Shown: one piece after another, positions 13,519 through 25,800 of the stretch | Position numbering within the stretch: position 1 is the first letter of the stretch | How the letters are laid out: every line of letters begins with the position of its first letter | Assembly (NCBI GenBank): GCA_013239625.1 | Contig: MU056050.1 | Location: forward strand, 2,404,084-2,468,083 | Direction: 5' to 3' | Length of the DNA: 64,000 bases | Origin: Lama guanicoe | Lineage: Eukaryota | The notes under the pieces: model-generated | What the model was told of the DNA's origin: nothing | What the model saw: the letters and a program-made list of their open reading frames with translations, nothing else | Databases searched by the model: none | Made by a program: the position numbers and the translations under genes

Positions 13519-14750
13519 ACAAGCCTGAACTATTTATGTTCAACTTCTCAAAGTTGGCTCTACATATAAAAAACTGACGTCAATCTGTGTCACAATTCTT
13601 AAAAACAAAACAACAAAACTGACTGAAGGATTATGCTAAAGGCTAAATTTGATTAAGGGAAGTGCTACCTCTATTATCAGAGAGAAAAGAGATATAACCC
13701 ACAAAAATGAATATTGGGACATGTAGTTTTATCTTGAAATATGCATTTATGAAAATTAAGATATGCACTTATGAGGAGGAAAGGGGACAGGAAATGTCTA
13801 AAAAGACAACAGAAGTTCCTGCATACAAGTACATTAATAGCACTCAATCTACCTCAATTAAAGACTAATTTAATTTTTCTAAGAAAGGAAGCAGTAGCTT
13901 GGAAAATCTGATATTGCTACAATATTTTCAGAAGATTGCATTTCTCTTACCAGGGAAAAAGACCAAGACTTAAATACTTAACTTGTGAACACGGTCAAAA
14001 TGAGAAAATAAATGCCAAATAAAAACTAAGACATGAAGAAATGGTCTCAGATAAAGCTTCAACTGAACTCAGAGCACCTATTGAAGGGAAAAAAAGACTT
14101 AATTACCAAAACTAAAATTTATTAGAATGATTATTTTGCCATACACTCCCCTCCTTCTACTTCCCTCCAAAAAATTCAGGTCAGACAACATTTAATAAAC
14201 ATCCAAATATACTTCTAGAATATGTCAAATCATTTAGTAGCAACAGAAGAAAAAGAACGGCAACCAAAACATTTGACAATTAAATTTTAAAACTTTATAA
14301 CTACCAATAACTAATAAGGTAAGACCCAAAAAAAATTTCAAATTGATAATGTAAATTTTTAAAAAGAAAAAGAATTAAGTTCTTCAAACAGACAAATAGA
14401 TGATATTCAACAAATTTAAGTATTTCAAAATTAGACTAAGTATTGACATGAGGCTAACATCTTCAGATTAAAAGCTTGGAAAATAAATCCTCCATTAGGG
14501 TTACTTGTGACACAAAGAAATGCTGAGCTCACTGTGTTAATAATTCCTACTAAAAACAAAATTCTCCACTGGGTCTATCAGTAAATGCAAGTTTATTAGG
14601 TTAATCATGGCAAGTCCTATGCTAATATGAAATCATCAAGAAACTAAACCTCTAACTCCAAAATTAAAGAGATTAAATCCATACCTTGCATATGCTGAGA
14701 TTTTCAAAGAGTCTGTATTAAGATGTAAAACTTTAAGAGTAGATCTGAGT

Positions 14751-14815
14751 AACACTGGAATTTGACACAACATTGTAAAATGATTATAAATCAATAAAAA
14801 ATGTTAAAAAAAAAA
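14751..14815 (+). mobile_element. Very short (~65 nt), 5'-truncated young L1 3' end
   Basis: Perfect TSD aagagtagatctgagt on both sides and a poly(A) tail; sequence identical to the 3' end of the L1 at 34606-34868. Confidence 0.9.
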
Positions 14816-17800
14816 AAGAGTAGATCTGAGTGTTACTGGAAAGGACAGTTATGTTTTGGTAGTCCTTTGTCCTTCTGCTATCTCTTAAAAAAGATCATTT
14901 TAAGAGTTCTATACTTTACCATTAAAAACATAATCAGTATCTCTGGAAACAAAAGGTTAGCTAAGTATGTGATGGACCATTTAGACAGGCAAAATACAAT
15001 TTTCCTTTTCTCCTTAATTACCTAACAAAATTTATTCTTCAAAGTCAAGACTTTCCATCTTAATAGACAGCTGCTTTTCGTGAGACACAATTAAGAATTT
15101 ACCCTCTCTGAAAGTTATAAAATGCCCCATAAATCTCATATGTTGCTTTAACAACACTATGATGCTGAAGTTGACTACAACTCCCAGAATACAGACTTAT
15201 ACCACTAAAAAGTGACAGACAAGAAATGAACTAACAACCTCTTGAAATACATCATGAATTCTTTTTAAAAAGGTAATTCTCAGTCAAGTTAAAGCTCATC
15301 TAATTAATCTCGTTAAAAAGGAAACTCCACCCAAGATACAAATATCAGTCATATCTTAAAAGCCAAATCTATAAATGGATTCACTAATAATTTGGTGGCA
15401 CCTTAGCTTGGTTTTTAACATTTCCAGTTTGTTGGTTTATATGTAAGAAGTTGTTTTTCAGACAAAGGAAAGGATCTTTTGATATGTAACAATAAAATGA
15501 AAATGCTAACTCTTACCTTTAACAAGATACAAAAACTCTTGTTAGACTATATGCAACAAAGTTTTTAAAGAGGGAAAAGAGGTCAAATAAATGAAGACTA
15601 AGTACTGGATGGTGATGTGTTTGACCATTTAAAATATTTCATTATGTCATACAACTAAGAACTTTAAACTCTCTTCATGTAATAGAATACAGTTATAAAA
15701 CTGATTATACTGATTTGGCTCTACTATAATTCAAACTACATTCCACAAGCCATGCAATTAACTACATACACAGAAGTCCTAATAACAGTTTTGAAGCAGC
15801 TCTTCAAACAGGAACTATGATGGGTAGCATGGATCATGTAAATATACATAAAATGAGTCCAAAATTCCATTTTAACTAGGTATTTCAACCTCCTACATCA
15901 CTTTTTCTCCAACCACTGCCAATGAGAAGCCAAGGAGAACTTCACCTCCTAGCTCTAATACCACTCATGCTAAGGTGGAAGTAATAGTAAAACTGTCAAA
16001 AACAGTTAGCTGGAAGGAGGAAGTCGAGCAATCTATGAAGATGACAGCCCCTAAATAACTAAGTTGACTTTAAAAGTAAACAACAATGAACTGATTTATC
16101 CGTTCTGAGGGGTTATCCTCATCTAATATAGATGAAAATGATGGTTTGGTTTGGTAACTTCCCTATCCTGCCTTCCCTGCACACAAGGGACTTAATAGCT
16201 ATTTGTTAACACATACAAGGATTTGGAAAATGTTTCTAACAGTTAAAAATGAATGTTTATCAAATAGACTTCTCTGTCAGTTAATAAACCAATAAGCTCT
16301 CTAAGCATATGCTAGAAAGGCTGGGGGGGGCGGGACGGGAAGACTGAACCAGAAGAAATTTGACAGTCCCCACTCTTCAAGGGTCTCTCAATTCGTTAGA
16401 GTACAAGACTATATATGAAAGAGTCAGAGGACTCATTAATTGATAACCTGAGTGGTACAGACTAAGTGCAAGAGCTGTCCAGAGAAGTTTAAATATCTAA
16501 AGATTGGAATAATATTACTTTTAATAGCTATCACTTGACTTACTATAAGTCAAGTGCTTTAGAGGCATTATTTAGTCTTCACAACAATCCTTTGAGTGCT
16601 TATTATTCCCAATTTACTCAAGGGGAAACGGTCAAAGTGGTTAAGGAACTTACCGGAGGTCACTCAGCTAGTTAAGTGGCTAAGACTGCCGCTTACCCAG
16701 TCAATCCATTTCCAGAGCGGACATTAAGACTTCGTAAAGCAGCGCGAGTGCGGAAGGGGGGTGGGGAGGGCCGTATAGGCAGGCGCTATCACACGCGCAA
16801 GATCTGGCAGCGCGTTCCCCGCGTTTCGTTTCAAGCAACGAAGTTCCAAAGATTCGTTATCTTTCGCACCAGCAACCGTAAACTGACTAACTGGCGGCGG
16901 CGGGCGCGCGCAACGACAGCAAAAATGGCTAGCAAGAGTTAATCTCATACAGGACTGAGCTTTAACTAATAAAGCGATTCAGAGAAAGAAATTCGAAGTT
17001 TTTTGTTTTAAAATCTGGGGTTTGTTTCGCCGCTTAAACGAATTCCCCCCTCCTCAAGACAGAGAACTGAAAATTGGGGCGAGGAAACCGCGCGTATGGC
17101 AAATTACTGTTTTCTGTATTACTGGGGCGGGGAGGGGGAACCACCCAAGTTTTACGACCAAAGGAAACGCGTTATTCTAGGTACTCGAGAACCGTGGAGA
17201 GTTGCCAAAATTAGTTGCAGTCCCAGGACAAAATGGGGTTTAGGAAACATTTAATGACAAAAGTTGACTCCAACCCGAAATGCCTCTAAGGTGAAAAGAC
17301 GGAGGAGCAAAGAAATGCCGGCAGGTCTTCGGGGAAAGCGGCAATCCCTGCTACGCTTTTCCCACGGCCAGAGGCGCCGCGCGAGGCCGGGACAGTCCGA
17401 GAGACCGCTCCCCGGGAGGACGAGAGGTGCCAAACGGGGTTCTTCCCGACTCCCCGGGCTTCGCGGCGGCGGGCGGAGAGGAGGGGAGGGAGTCCGGGAC
17501 GGTTCGGACTTCGGGCAGAGGAGGCGCCGGGCTCCAAACTGCGGAGTCGAACGGGTGCAGAGTGAAGAAATGGGACAGAGAGATGGAAAGTCCGAACCCT
17601 CCCCTGGCGCGGCCCCGTAAAGAGAAAGGAGCCAAGTGAGCTCAACGAAGAGGGGGACAAAAAGAGACGGAGCAAGAGCGCAGTGACCCGTAGGGACAAA
17701 ACGGGAGTTCTGCTAAGAGGCTAAAGAAAGGCAAGCTACGGCGTGCAGCGGGGACTTCGGGGAGGCCGGGGAAAGCAGGAGGTCGGCGGCGGCTACCAGC

Positions 17801-17962
17801 ACCTCTCCTCCCCGAGTTCAAAACTCCTAGCCAACCATCCACACCCGCCGCCCGGATGGGGGAGGGGACACATCTCCCCCCCCACCTCCCCCCAATTGTG
17901 AGAGCACGGTTGACGCCCAAGCCCGGCCGGGCCGTGCGCCCGCCTCCAACTGGGACACTCAC

Positions 17963-18033
17963 AATTCGCCTCTCCCTGATTTCTCCCAGTTCTTTATCCA
18001 CTCTACGGGAAGCACCACAGTTGCGGCCGCCAT
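17963..18033 (-). CDS. THOC2: THO complex subunit 2, coding exon 1 (71 nt): [23 protein letters not shown](F)
   Basis: The minus strand reads gaggaagATGGCGGCCGCAACT...GGCGAATT|gtgagt. The peptide matches the remembered THOC2 N-terminus ([14 protein letters not shown]). The donor is consensus and the exon lies in a CpG island. Confidence 0.97.
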
Positions 18034-18036
18034 CTT
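18024..18036 (-). promoter_or_regulatory. YY1-type motif AAGATGGCGGC overlapping the THOC2 start codon
   Basis: The plus strand reads GCCGCCATCTT, the canonical YY1 consensus. Confidence 0.55.
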
Positions 18037-18739
18037 CCTCTCACTAGTAGCAGAAGCCCGGATGTGTAGCACGCGAGCGAGGGGTCAAAGGGGAGCACCG
18101 CCCACGGGGAATGCCGGGAGCTGCGAGTTCGGTTTTCGATTTCCCGCCCCACTTTCCACCCCACCCTGAGGAAGCCCGAGGCCCGGCGGCCAACTAGGTG
18201 GCTGGGACCCGTGGGTCCCGTCGCAGAGTTACTACGCTGGCCGCCCCCTCTGCAACCCTAGCCCTCCTTCCCTTTAGAACAGGAAAAATGCCATCCCCAG
18301 GCCAACTCGTAGCCTTTATCTTCTTCCGTAGTATCTACTCCAGACCACTCATTCAAACTTGTGTTTTTAAAGTACCTAATGTGTGCTAGACACTGAGGAA
18401 AGAGAAACAATAAACCTAGATGCCTACCCTCAACGAGCTCACAGTCTGTGGGGAAGACAAACACACGCTGATCAATTACAATACACCCTGCTAACAACTG
18501 AGATCAAACAAGTTAATCGGGGAAAAGACGACCGATTCCTATATGCCAGGCATTTTGCTAATACCGGGGTTACCATCTAACGAGGAAGAGAGAAATCGGC
18601 CCCGGGAAACACTTGCAGTTACCATCGCTGACACCCTACTGTGTCGGCCGCTGTCATTATAACCTTAGGCAAAACTAGAGGGCGCAAGTACCAAGAGCAA
18701 CAACTTGTTTACATCACATAGTCTCAAAGTATCTCTCGG

Positions 18740-19420
18740 CTAGATACATACTATTTCAAAGGGCGAAATGAATACTTTACATTCGGAAAACATGGCGGAC
18801 ACCCTCCTAATTCTGATGAAAATAAGCATCCGTAGATATTAAGTAAGTAGGGGTCATACGCCTCCTGATGAGGTGCTAAAAACAATAACCAATTTTGTAG
18901 TATTCATCATGCCAAAATTCGCATAACCTAAATTTAATTGTGAGAGATTGTCAGACAAGCCCATATTAAGGCACAGTTTACAGAATTACTGGCTTGCACT
19001 CCTCAAAAATTATCAAGGTCACTAAAAACAAAGACAGACTGAGGAACTCGTCCAGAATAATGAAAACAACAGAACAACTGATCCTCAGCCAGAAAAAAAA
19101 ATTTTTAAATTTTGCTAAAAAGGGCATTATTGGGACAATTTACCAAATTTGAATATCTGTATATTAAGTAATAATATTTGTATCAATGTTAATTTCTTGA
19201 GTTTAATACTTGTGCTGTGGTTGTGTGAAAGTATTTGTTTAAGAAAATATGAAGTATTTCAAGTTAATGGGGCATTATGTTGCAACTTACTCTAAAATGT
19301 TTCATGAAAAAAGATAGGATGATTAAGTAAATGTAAAATATTAACATTTCAGGAATCTGGATGAAGGACATACAGGGATTCTCTGTTCTATCTGTGCAAC
19401 TTTTCAAAATAAAAAAGTTT
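18740..19420 (+). mobile_element. Old L1M (L1MC/ME-type) 3' region
   Basis: Resembles remembered L1MC4/L1ME 3' UTR motifs (gcataacctaaatttaat...cagacaagccca...gactgaggaact). Confidence 0.6.
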
Positions 19421-19954
19421 TTAAAATACCTGTTTTGCAGCAAATTTAGTAAATACAGACAAACCAAATGAAGAAATCCTACCACATATATATTAATGTA
19501 TGAACTTTAGAACTAGTGTCTTCTAAATTTGGCAAGTTTTACAAAATGGACCAGGTTTATTTGCATTGAAAATCTGTTCAGGGAATAGGCTGTATTCAGA
19601 ATAATTTTTGGAGAAATGCTGCATTGTTTGTTATTCAGCTATATCTAGTCTCCTAATGTCCTATCTGATTCTGAAATTCTAAAGCCACCCATTAGAAAAC
19701 ATACACTGTTTAGTTTCAGTGACATCTCAAGAAGAAACTTTTGCCACTTCAAGGAGGTTCAGAGGTATAAGTTCCCTCTAATCTTTCTATTTTTCATTAT
19801 TATGGAATATTTCAAAAGTGAACAAAATGGTATAGTGAATCTTCATTGTACCATCATTCTCCCTATAAATTTTAAAATCATTGTTACAGGATGGCTTCTG
19901 TGATACAAGAAGCACCATCCTGCTGCTTATGCATACTTCACTGTATAATCTACA

Positions 19955-20165
19955 GCAGTGGGCACTATCCACATTTGGGATCAGATAATTCTTTGCAGAG
20001 GGCAGGAGGGACCCTGTGCATTGTAGGATGTTTAGCAACATCCCTGGCCTTGACCCACTAGATGTCAGTAGCACCCCCTCACACACCAGTTGTTAACAAC
20101 AGTATCTCCAGACATTGCTAAATGTCTCCTGGAGTGTAAAATAGCCCCCTGTTGAAAGCCACTGA
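19955..20165. mobile_element. MER20 (hAT-Charlie)
   Basis: ctgtgcattgtaggatgtttagcaacatccctggcc...ctccagacattgctaaatgtc...ccactg matches the MER20 consensus as remembered. Confidence 0.85.
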
Positions 20166-20619
20166 GCTCTAATAGTCTGCTGTGTTGTGGCTTACCTTGC
20201 CACTGTATCACAGTGATTTCTTCTTCCAAACACAGAATGCCTACTACTCAGTATGCCACAAATGTGGTATGACCTGACTGCAGTGGTGCCCTTTGAGGCC
20301 TTGGTTTTCCCTTCTCCCAGAGCCTACAGAACTATTTTTACATGGTATGATGACTCCTTTAGGAATTGCTCAGAGTTAATTGGCCTTTGCTCTATAAGAC
20401 TGCAAAGCAATCATATCTTTTGCATCTTTGTTGTTGGCTTGCATGTCCTTTGCTATTAGCATCTGGTATTGTCTTAGCAGCTGGGGAGTATAGTTCCCTG
20501 GTGATCTCCCTGGCTCATGGGTACCAATGAACTAGGCAGGAACTGAGGTCTGTGGTGAAGGCTAAGGTTTGGGTAGTCTCAATATTGACAGTCTGATGCA
20601 TGAAGTGATTGATTTTAGG

Positions 20620-22358
20620 TAATTGTAAGGTCAAGCAATCTTGTTACAATCTCAGTAACAACAAATAACGGGACCAAGAAGGAAGCACATAAAAGCAAAA
20701 TAAGACAAAATACACAAAATAATCAAAGAATGAATGCAAAAGCTGTACCCTTTGTAGGACTGTCCGGTGAATGCTGCGTATTGGTAATGGATTTTTGTTA
20801 ACTAAAGTCTTAGTTACATTAAATATACATATTACATTTCTAGGATAACCACTAAAAACATATAAGGATACTATGTATCTTCCAAACTACCAAAAGCGGG
20901 TAAGTTGAAAGAGAAAGAGAAAAAAATCAATCAATCCCAAAAAGGCAAGAGAAGAGGGAAAATATTTTGGAGAAGTAGAACAGAAAGAATAGAGGAAGAA
21001 ATTTAAATCTACCAATTTAAGCTTAAATGTATCAATAATTGCATAAAATGTAAATAAACTAAATGCTCCAGCTAAAAGTAAAGATTATCAGTCTGGGTTT
21101 TTAGAAGTCTAGATATTTTTAAAAGACATCCCTAAAACACAGGGACACAGAAAGTTTGAAAGTAAAAACAATGGGAAAAATAGACCAGGCAAATGCCAAG
21201 ATCAACAAAAATTAAGCTGAAATAGCTAGATTGATATCAAACAAAACAGACTTTAAGGGAAAAATAATTACCTGATTTAAAGAAGGCTTCTATATATTGA
21301 TAAAAATTCACCAAGAAAGTGTAACAATCCTAATTTTGAATGTGCTCAACCACTTTGAAGTATGTGAAACAAAAATTAACAGAACTACAAAGAGAAATAG
21401 ACAAATCTACCACCACAGTGAGGGTCTTCATCTCTCTCAGAAATTGATAAATGAAGCAGACAAAAAAATCAGTAAAGATGTAGAAAATTTGAACATCAAA
21501 TCAACCTGTTTGATCTAGTAGATACACATAGACGGTGGTACCTAGCAACTGGAAAATAAACATCCTTTAGAAGAACACATGAACAGGCCACCATGTACAG
21601 ATCATTCACTGATCAAAAGCACTTAGCCAAAGGGACAAGTAGGGGTCAAAATCCATCCCATGCTCCATTTGCCAAACCACATGTTCAGGTGTGCTGCTGC
21701 TTCCACCTGGAAGAAAGGGCACGTTTTCCTAGCTCACATAAAGGAAATGTGTCATCTAGTGGTGGCCCAGCCCATGGAACATTTATGAAAATTAATCATA
21801 TACTAGATTTTATAAACCAAATGTCAACAAATTTCAAAGAATCAATCTCATACAGTTCATATTTTCTGACTGTAATGCAATTAAATTGGAAATCAGTAAC
21901 AAGAAGATAAAGAAAACATCTATGATTGAAAATGTAAAAACATACTTTGAAACAAATCACAGGTGGAGGAAAAAATCATACGAAAAATTAGAAAATACTT
22001 AGAACAGACCAAAAATGAAAATATTACATATCAAAACTAATGAAAAATGATGCATTGCAGCTAAAGTAGCATCATAGAAAGAAATTTATGTTCTTGAACT
22101 TTTGTATTATTAAAGAAACAAGGCTAGAAATTAAAAAGCTAAGAGTCCAATTTAAGAAGTTACAAAAAAACAATACCGAGTAAATGAAAGAAAGCAGAAA
22201 GAAGGACACTTTTAAATAAAAAGTATTAATAAAAATAAACTATCCAATAAAAAACAATAAAACCCATAATTGGTTGAAAAGTTCAATAAAACTAACAAAC
22301 CTCTGGCAAGACTGATTATAAAAAAGAAGAGAGAAAGTACATATAAATAAATATTAGG
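20620..22358 (+). mobile_element. Old L1 ORF2 (endonuclease region) fossil
   Basis: Decayed L1 EN-like translation (IHQESVTILILNV...; TFMKINHIL); A-rich strand. Confidence 0.8.
21584..21770. mobile_element. MER91-like hAT-Tip100 element nested in L1
   Basis: Termini caggccacc...ggtggcccag; degenerate 8-nt TSD cacatgaa/cccatgga; interrupts a contiguous L1 motif. Confidence 0.65.
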
Positions 22359-22361
22359 GAC

Positions 22362-22862
22362 TGTGTCAGTTAGGTTGATGACAGGAAAACGTGACATACT
22401 CAAAGGGGATAATTAAAGAGAGTCTAATAAAGAAATCATGCACAAGAGTGTGGGCAGGATTAAGGGAAACCAAAAACTAATGGAGAAGCACCTCAGGGCT
22501 CTAGCAATACTGGGAGACATTAGCACCCCTAAGCCTGAAGGGGCAAAGGGCGGGAGTGGTTACCAAAAACTAAGGAAATAAAGAAAAGTAAAATAAAGAA
22601 ATAAGGAAACGAACATTCAACAGGAACTGTGGCCTTCTGTAGAAGAATCACTGCCAACAGAAAGGGAGTCTGGGGAATAAATATCCTGACCCTTCTTTCC
22701 TTCTGCCATTTTATCTCCTGATGATACCTCCCATTGGCTGGTGGCTGCTGGAAGCCATAATGCATGGGAGCCTGGAAAACGCAGTTAGTAATGGGTCAGG
22801 GCACAGAGCAGGGTCGAGAAGGATGGAAAGTTGATCTTGAAAGGGAAGACAGAATTTCTAGC
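22362..22862 (-). mobile_element. ERVL-class LTR (LTR33-like)
   Basis: gggcacagagcagggtcgagaaggatggaaagttgatctt motif; abuts ERVL internal sequence; a related copy lies at ~60420-60830. Confidence 0.6.
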
Positions 22863-25800
22863 CCTGTTCATTCTTTGTGCTCCTCCACACTCCTCTTGCC
22901 TATTGTCCAGATTAAAAGCCCATGCCCTCAAACAGAATGTAGAAGTTCCCATCAGCTACTGTATCAGTGAAGGGTGATGTCGATTCATTCACACTCCTAT
23001 GTGAAATCCAAAATATCAGCCACCACGCATGCTTTTCATATACAGCAGAAGGGAAAACAGTTGCCATAGTCCCTGCTTCTGTAGCTGGAAGCAAGCCCTA
23101 AGTTGATTATCATAGCTTCCTTCTTCTGCCACCCACTCCATGTTTCCCTTGCCCTCTGTCAGCATCTCAGTAGGACAGGACACATTACCTGGTGGAGTGA
23201 CCTAAACCTTCACCCCACAAGATCTGAATTCTTATAATCTTATCTTGACAAGGTTACAAGTTTTTATTGACCAGTACTATTAAACAAGGGAATGATGAGG
23301 CACTCCACTGAAGCCCCTAGGTTCTAGACCTCGTCCTCTTTGCCTCCATTGTATAGCAGCAGCCTCATTTGCCTTTGGTGATCAGGATAGGCCACCCTGA
23401 TCTGTATAGTGACCCCTTGTCTGCTTGTCAGTTCAACAATATAACTAGCACAAAATGGTGGGAGGGGAGTCAGCTTCTAAAACATCGGAATCCTGACATG
23501 TTCCCTGGAGGAAATATTTCTCCCCTGGGCATGAGAACCTCTTAACCCACTAAGTTCAAGATGTAAGGATAGGAAGCAAATGTTTCTTCAAATGCAGGGG
23601 TCATTCCCACCCCTACCTCTTGAATCCTGGACCCACACATTCTGACTATAAGGGAGATGATTTGTTATATTGGCCCTAGTTTGAAGCATATACTAGATTC
23701 CATAGGACGGTACCCCAAACTTGCAGGCAATAGTGCCACAGCTGAGCCTTCAACAGGAAATTGCACCATTCTCCCAAGCCAGTTGTTTCTGGGTGATGGG
23801 ACATGTGAGAAGACCAGTGAATTCCATGGGGATGAGCCTATTGCCACACTTCCCTTATGCTAAACTGAGTTCCTTTGTTAGAAGCAAACGTTGAACGGGA
23901 TACCATGGTGATGAATCAGGCGTTCTGTGAGTCCACATGGTGGTGCTGGCAGAAGCACTGCAAGCATGAAAAGCAAGTTCATATTCAGAATATGCATCTA
24001 TTCCTGTGAAGACAGTGGGTGCTTCCTTGGTGATGTAAGGGCTTTAATGTAACCAATCTGCCACCAGGTGACTATCTGGTCCCCTTGGGTATGCTGCCAC
24101 TTTAATGTCTTAGTGTTTGGTTTGCCAATAAGCAGGTTGCCAATTCAAAGTGGTAGTAGATACATCAGCTTTGGTGAGGGAAGACCCTATATATACATCC
24201 CATCCCAGCTGCCATGGCCATTTTGTACATGAGCCTACAGACCAGGCACTAGGCTGGCTGAACATCAACAGAATGGTTCATCTTATCCACCTACCTCTTT
24301 ACTAGGCATTCTTAACACCAAATTCCTATCTTTTTCTTTCCACGCTCTGCACCATCCAGCAAACTTGTTAGTCTCTGCCCTTGGGTCAGTCTATATCAGT
24401 TTATTAGGGCATTTCTACTTTCACCAAATAGACAATCAAATATACTACTTGGTAGGATCTTCCTTTGCCTCTGTCTTCAGGGACCATCTCCGAGTAGGCG
24501 GTCAGACAACTGCAACCCACTTCTACCAGATGCCAGCTTACCACATAGACCCATCTATAAACCCACAGGCCTGCATTTTCTTGCTCTGTTAAATGATCAG
24601 AGAGAACTCTCCTTGAGGCCCTATGTGTGGGCTGATGGAGAGGCAGTGATGCCACAGGAGCAAGCAGCATGAGAGTCTGAGCCACTTCCTCATTCACTTA
24701 ACTTTTATCTGCTAGGATCTGATTTCATACACAATTTCCATTGAACAATGGAATGCTGCTGCACACGGCTGTTGGACAGTTGAGTGGATTAGAAAACACA
24801 CAGTTCATAATGGGCAGTTCAAGTCAGATAGTCTCTTGGTGTCCTACGGCCAGGAACTCAGTGACTACCAGGGCCTAGTAGCCATCTAGGCATTACCTTT
24901 CAAATGGAGAATAACTGTCAAGTAAGGAAAGCACGGCCTCACTTCAGCACCCCAAAGGACTGTGCTGTGCCGCTGGTAGTGAGGCTTCATAGAACATCTC
25001 TGTCACAAACTCTTCCAAAACCGTTGGATCTGCAGAGTCCTAAGGCCCAAGTAAAAGGCAGAATGTACTGCAACCCAGATTGGCTGCAGCAGCTTTTCTT
25101 GCTTCAGATCCCACTCAAAACTGGCAGCCTTAGAGGTTGCTCAGTAAATGGGTCAGAGCAGCATGACCAAATATGGTATGGGCTGCCTCCTAAATCCAAA
25201 GAGGTCCACCAAGTACTGGTTTTTTTCTTTGTGATGGATTGTGCAAGTTAAAAACAACTTCTCTCTTTAGAAGAGATATCCTGACATTGCCTGGGTCACT
25301 GGACCCCTAAAAATGTCATCCCTATAGCAGGCCCCTGAAATTTCATGGGGTTCATCTCCTATCTTCTGGCCATAAGGCATCTAGGGTGCTTGATTCCTCC
25401 TGCCTCTCGGATTCATTAGCATAATGCCACCAGTGTATTGGCCCAGTATTATGTCTGTGGGATAAAAAGACAATCAACTTCCTTCTGGAGTGGATTATGA
25501 CAGAAAACAGCATAGTTTAAGATAACCCTGAGGTACGAGTGAGAACAAACTATTTCTGATTATCTTTTCTGATAATATTTGCTAGGGCAATAGGTGCCAG
25601 AAGCTGTGTTGATGTGCTCTAGGAAAAATACCATAGTGGGAACCACAGTTGTGATCAGTGTCACTGCCTGATTAAATTAACACTAACCTGGAAGCATTCT
25701 ACAAAACTTATATGGTTTTTCCCATAGGCCAAACAGGTAAATTATACAGAGGCATGTGGTTGGAATTATCATACTTCCAATTTTCAAGTCCTTGGTGGTG

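Larger units (their letters stand above)
16680..18260. promoter_or_regulatory. CpG-island promoter of THOC2, extending into intron 1
   Basis: Abrupt rise in GC and CpG around exon 1 against an AT-rich background. Contains an E2F-type TTTCCCGC (18140-18147) overlapping a GC box, and a CCACCCCACCC KLF-type site (18156-18166). No obvious TATA box. Confidence 0.9.

Noticed and set aside
16676..18047. Several overlapping 60-137 aa ORFs in the THOC2 island
   Set aside because: GC-rich DNA is stop-poor and the R/G/P-rich peptides have no recognisable homology; only 17963-18033 on the minus strand is supported as coding.
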